Made by a program: the position numbers and the translations under genes | Shown: positions 59,881 to 64,000 of the stretch, in pieces | How positions within the stretch are numbered: the stretch's first letter is position 1 | Layout: every line of letters starts with the position of its first letter | Assembly (NCBI GenBank): GCA_037137755.1 | Contig: JBAXJR010000002.1 | Location: 96,001-160,000, forward strand | Source: Methanomicrobiales archaeon | GTDB taxonomy: Archaea > Halobacteriota > Methanomicrobia > Methanomicrobiales > Methanospirillaceae | Length of the DNA stretch: 64,000 nt | Direction: 5' to 3' | The notes under the pieces: generated by a model | Databases searched by the model: none | What the model was told of the DNA's origin: nothing | What the model saw: the letters and a program-made list of their open reading frames with translations, nothing else

Positions 59881-61947
59881 ATGGAAGAATACCAGAGCGA
59901 GATATTACGGATAAAGGTATTACTAGGGGAACACCCGGAAGGCATGAGTATCACCGCTATTTCTGGTGAACTGGGTATTAATCGTAATTCAATTGCAAAA
60001 TATATGGATATTCTGCAGATACAGGGATCTGTAGACGGAAGAAAAGTCGGCACCTCGAAGATATATTACCTCTCGGAACGTCTTCCGGCGGCATCGATCA
60101 TGAGGTTCTGTACCCGCCCTCTGTTCGTGATCAACCAGGACTTTGTCATCATCAATCTCAACAGGTCATTTTCCGAATGTATTGGTATCCCGAATGACCG
60201 TCTTATCCAGCAGCCATTTGAGGCCCTTCCATTCCGTTTTCTGGACGGGGCGACACCCCGGCAGGTGCTGCGTGCGGCACTCCGTGGCATGGAACAACGG
60301 GTCAGGGCCCAGCACATGAGTGGGACCCTGGCGTTCCAGGTCACCCTGCTCTTTATCCCGGTCGTCTTTGAGAACGGTAAACCCGGGGTCTCGGTAATTA
60401 TTGAAGAGAATGAACGATCAGGTCAATTCTCTCAAAATGGCCCCGGAACCAATGGCGATGACAACATGGGCGGCCAGCTGGAATACCATGTGCGTCATAC
60501 CCCTGAAGGTATCATACATTATGTCAATGAAACATATTGCCGGGCAGTCGGAAAACAACGTGAGGACCTTGTCGGGCGGATGTTCAAGCCCCTTGTCTCC
60601 CCGGAAGATGACAACCGGATAACGCAGCTTCTATCTGGGCTTACCCCGCAATACCCGGTAGGGACGATTGAGTACAGTGCCGTGATGGCTAACGGGGAAG
60701 TAAACTGGCAGCACTGGCAGATCCACGGGCTTTTCAACTCGCGTGGAGAACTGACGGGGTACCATTCTTACGGGATTGATAAGACCGAGGCTGTTGTGTT
60801 GCAACAGAAACTTAAAAAGACGCAGGAGATGCTCGAGGAGACTATCGCAAATCGTACAGAAGAGCTCCGTACCATCAACCGCCATCTCTATTCGGAGATT
60901 GCCCGGCGGGAGAAGATGGAACAGCAGTTTCTCTATACCCAGTTTGCCATGGATAATGCACCGGACATGGTGTTCTGGGTAAACCGGAATGCGAGGGTGC
61001 AGTACGCAAACAGGATTGCAGTCCTGACGCTCGGCTATTCTGTTGAGGAAATACCGGGTCTGTCCTTTGGTGACCTTTGTCCGGCCTTCAACCTTGCACG
61101 GTGGGACACGGTATGGGAACAGCTCAAAAATGAAGGGTCAATCACCCTGGAAACCGGGATCATCAGCAGGGACGGGGTATCTACACCGGTTGAGATTGTC
61201 ATTAACTACTTAGAATATCATGGTATGGAATTTGCATGCAGTTTCTCAAGAAATATCACCGACCGTACGCGTATGGAACGGGCCCTTCAGCAGGCCAATA
61301 AAAAGCTCAACCTCCTTACGAGTACCACACGTCATGACATCCATAATAAAATCACGGTGCTGCTTGGCTACCTCGGGCGTGCGAAAAAGATTACGAAAGA
61401 TCCCGTCCTCCTCGGATATCTCGAGCGCCAGGAGAAAGCCGCAAAAGAGATCAGGAGCGAGATACAGCTTACCCGCGATTTCAAGAACCTTGGCACTGAT
61501 AGTCCTGTCTGGCTCAATGTCCGGAACATCGCAGGCCTCGCAGCGAATTATTACGATGATGAACCCGTGAGGTTCATCATTGACGTTCCCGATATAGAGA
61601 TCTATGTAGATAATCACCTGGAACGGGTGTTCTTCCAGATCTTTTCAAACTCGTTGAAACCTGGGCAGAAGACGACCCTTGTCAGGGTCACCGCAAGCGA
61701 GAAAGAACATGGTCTTACCATCATTGTTGAGGACGACGGGAACGGTTTCAGCGAAGAAGAAAAAGAATCCGCATTTGAATTGAAAACCGGTGGGGAGAAC
61801 AATGACCTCTTCATCATCCGGGAGATACTCTCACTCACCGGCATTTCTCTTCAGGAGACAGGGGTGCCAGGCCAGGGTTCCCGTTTTGAGATTGGAGTCC
61901 CCCTGTCGTATTACCGGATGCCTGCCCTTCAGCAGGCTGGATATTAG
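59881..61947 (+). CDS. wHTH-PAS(x3)-histidine kinase-like protein
   Basis: N-terminal HTH (GMSITAISGELGINRNSIAKYM), three PAS, H-box TRHDIHNK, degenerate G2 box. Confidence 0.9.
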   Translation: MEEYQSEILRIKVLLGEHPEGMSITAISGELGINRNSIAKYMDILQIQGSVDGRKVGTSKIYYLSERLPAASIMRFCTRPLFVINQDFVIINLNRSFSECIGIPNDRLIQQPFEALPFRFLDGATPRQVLRAALRGMEQRVRAQHMSGTLAFQVTLLFIPVVFENGKPGVSVIIEENERSGQFSQNGPGTNGDDNMGGQLEYHVRHTPEGIIHYVNETYCRAVGKQREDLVGRMFKPLVSPEDDNRITQLLSGLTPQYPVGTIEYSAVMANGEVNWQHWQIHGLFNSRGELTGYHSYGIDKTEAVVLQQKLKKTQEMLEETIANRTEELRTINRHLYSEIARREKMEQQFLYTQFAMDNAPDMVFWVNRNARVQYANRIAVLTLGYSVEEIPGLSFGDLCPAFNLARWDTVWEQLKNEGSITLETGIISRDGVSTPVEIVINYLEYHGMEFACSFSRNITDRTRMERALQQANKKLNLLTSTTRHDIHNKITVLLGYLGRAKKITKDPVLLGYLERQEKAAKEIRSEIQLTRDFKNLGTDSPVWLNVRNIAGLAANYYDDEPVRFIIDVPDIEIYVDNHLERVFFQIFSNSLKPGQKTTLVRVTASEKEHGLTIIVEDDGNGFSEEEKESAFELKTGGENNDLFIIREILSLTGISLQETGVPGQGSRFEIGVPLSYYRMPALQQAGY

Positions 61948-62061
61948 TACAAATAAAGTCATAACAACGTTCCAATGCTTCGAATCGGCAGGAGGAAACC
62001 CGGGCAATAGAAAAAAATACATATAGTTCTTCCCGACAAACAGTTACCTGTTACCCATATA

Positions 62062-62439
62062 ATGCCGAGAATCCTCCTTGTTGACGACGATCCTGATATT
62101 CTTGATATAATCAGGCTTGATCTGAAAGATGATCCCGATAACAACGTTGATGTGTGCCGCTCGGGTCAGGAAGCGCTTAGGTTAGTGGAGCAGAATGACT
62201 ACGAGGTCATCATCTCGGATATGCGGATGCCGAAGATGAACGGGGTCATTTTGATAAAAGAACTCCGGGCAATGGGATGTGATTCGATAGTGATCGTTTA
62301 CTCAGGGCAGGGGATGGGCTCTGATATCAGGGAAGCCCTTGATAGTGGCGCAGACCATTACCTCCGGAGGAGCGGGGACCCGGATACTGAGTTTTCAGAA
62401 CTCCGCCGGATCATCAGGAAAATCCCAATAAACAGGTAA
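62062..62439 (+). CDS. Stand-alone response regulator (REC only)
   Basis: LVDDD, ISDMRMP, YSGQG. The conserved Lys is replaced by Arg. Confidence 0.9.
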   Translation: MPRILLVDDDPDILDIIRLDLKDDPDNNVDVCRSGQEALRLVEQNDYEVIISDMRMPKMNGVILIKELRAMGCDSIVIVYSGQGMGSDIREALDSGADHYLRRSGDPDTEFSELRRIIRKIPINR

Positions 62440-62447
62440 AAACTCTC

Positions 62448-62618
62448 CTATTTAAATTCAATGCCCGGATATCGCACGTATCTTTTTGGGGAACGAAGGG
62501 CCCTCAGACTGGACTGCAATCTCAATGGTTGGGACTGTGGCACCGGGTACAAGTTTTTTTCCGTGGCAGGTGTGGTTCGGTGCCCTGGATCTTTCTTTAT
62601 CGTGGACTCTTCTGACAT
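62448..62618 (-). CDS. Possible small hypothetical protein (56 aa)
   Basis: MSEESTIKKDPG... starts just after the upstream gene's stop. No recognisable motif. Confidence 0.3.
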   Translation of the reverse strand: MSEESTIKKDPGHRTTPATEKNLYPVPQSQPLRLQSSLRALRSPKRYVRYPGIEFK

Positions 62619-62638
62619 CAGAATGATTCCGTCCCCTG

Positions 62639-63007
62639 CTATCCTGTGGCAATAATATAGGTGAACCTGGTGTAGGACCAGATCGTGATGCACAGGAACA
62701 GTATCAGCGAGATCAAAGTGCCGATATGGTAGAAAAATGTCAGTGTCGGGAGGTCATGTACACTGTCAAATATCCATTTCCCTGACCCCACCAGGATCAG
62801 GCCAAAAAGGGCATTGATGGTGGCCACCGAGAGTGCAAATGCGAGGGTCCAGGAATTGAGCAGCACCATGATGGCCGGGGCAATGATAAGACCAATCCCT
62901 ATACCCCCGAGGATAACAGAGAGAATTACCTTTATCCAGTCCGCTATACCGACTAATTTCCAGTCCTTTTTGAACCTGTAATAGTCCCCGTACAGATCAC
63001 TAATCAT
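62639..63007 (-). CDS. Hypothetical membrane protein (3 TM)
   Basis: Three hydrophobic segments and a GGTG SD-like sequence upstream. Confidence 0.7.
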   Translation of the reverse strand: MISDLYGDYYRFKKDWKLVGIADWIKVILSVILGGIGIGLIIAPAIMVLLNSWTLAFALSVATINALFGLILVGSGKWIFDSVHDLPTLTFFYHIGTLISLILFLCITIWSYTRFTYIIATG

Positions 63008-63134
63008 GGTACAATTTCCACACCTGCATCCATTTTATTTTAGCTGTGAGGAAAAATCAAAGCCCAGGTACCTGAATTGGCTTTTTTCTATTTCTGGTAC
63101 CGCTTTGCCTGATTCTTTTTAGTGGTTGCTTGTA

Positions 63135-63698
63135 TTATGCAGGTGCTATTTTCCTGAACTGGAATGACAGGATAATAGCGATGACCCCGCCGACGACTCC
63201 GATACCGCCAAAGACGAATGGGAGTAACGCAACCGCTATGAGCGGGTTTGCGAGTATCAGGATGCCGAAAATAATGGCAAGCAATCCTATGAACTCTGAA
63301 CCCCAGTCTTTTGTTCCGAATGCCTGGGCTAGATGTACGGCACCAATCATGAGGCCCCAGACACCGGTGAATATCACGAGCATTGCCGGTACTAATACGC
63401 TGCTGAACAGCGGGTACATCAGAATCACGATACCTGCAATGACCCCGAGAATACCTATCAGAAGTTTCCATCCCAATTGTGAACGGTCTACGAGGAGGCT
63501 GACAAGGCTGAAAATACCACTGATAAACCAGTATGCTCCGACAAATGTGACAACCAGCATAAGCGTGAGATAAGGCCATACAAGGAAGGAGATACCTAGG
63601 ATCAGGACTGCAATTCCTAGGACGAGAATTATCCACCAGGGATAGAGTGTTATTGCACCCATTTTATTTTCAGGTGAGGTTGTAACGGTTTCTGTCAT
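63135..63698 (-). CDS. HdeD/DUF308 family membrane protein
   Basis: WWIILVLGIAVLILGI...P repeated three times, typical DUF308 pattern. Confidence 0.88.
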   Translation of the reverse strand: MTETVTTSPENKMGAITLYPWWIILVLGIAVLILGISFLVWPYLTLMLVVTFVGAYWFISGIFSLVSLLVDRSQLGWKLLIGILGVIAGIVILMYPLFSSVLVPAMLVIFTGVWGLMIGAVHLAQAFGTKDWGSEFIGLLAIIFGILILANPLIAVALLPFVFGGIGVVGGVIAIILSFQFRKIAPA

Positions 63699-64000
63699 AT
63701 GATCTCCCGGACAGGGAAGGGAAATCCCTCCACGGTGTCCCGTAAAATCTCCGGTTTCGTATATGAGACCTGATTGAAAGTATCGCCGCCGGATATACTT
63801 AATGATTTACCCGGTGTGTCAGGATCCCCCTGATAATTTTTAAAAAAGCACCCATCCGGCATACCTTGCGATTAATATAAAAATAGCCGGACTGCATAGA
63901 GATAAAGGGATTTTACCCCCTCACTGCCCATCCATGCTACAGTTGAAAATGTGTCCCCCGGGATCCGGACCTGCTCCTAATTTTTGGTCATATAGAGCTT

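Overview
Archaeal DNA, most likely a Methanomicrobiales methanogen (Methanoregula-like). The assignment is inferred from a DUF3821-type protein, PKD/PEGA surface proteins, archaeal SepF, DUF2193/DUF2180 and REC-PAS(n)-HisKA-HATPase hybrids. About 27 kb of the 64 kb (roughly 43%) encodes ten sensor-kinase-type proteins, including a ~16-kb operon of four giant kinases, against one stand-alone receiver protein. The rest encodes flavin/Fe-S redox proteins, a DUF2193-DUF2180-aquaporin operon, lipoproteins and surface proteins, SepF, an acyl-CoA synthetase, threonine ammonia-lyase and a SatP acetate channel. Several genes are broken (dodecin, cupredoxin, ArsG/CcdA-like, Cache protein, an orphan kinase tail). 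I saw no rRNA, tRNA, CRISPR array or transposase. Main leads: (1) two diverged copies of a ~150-170 nt structured non-coding element between convergent genes; (2) two related membrane kinases that lack the phospho-acceptor His and have a remodelled G2 box; (3) a GAF domain with an MsmS-like heme Cys/His pattern; (4) the DUF2193-DUF2180-MIP operon; (5) a wHTH-fused kinase paired with an atypical receiver. All family assignments come from motif recognition by eye, not from database searches.
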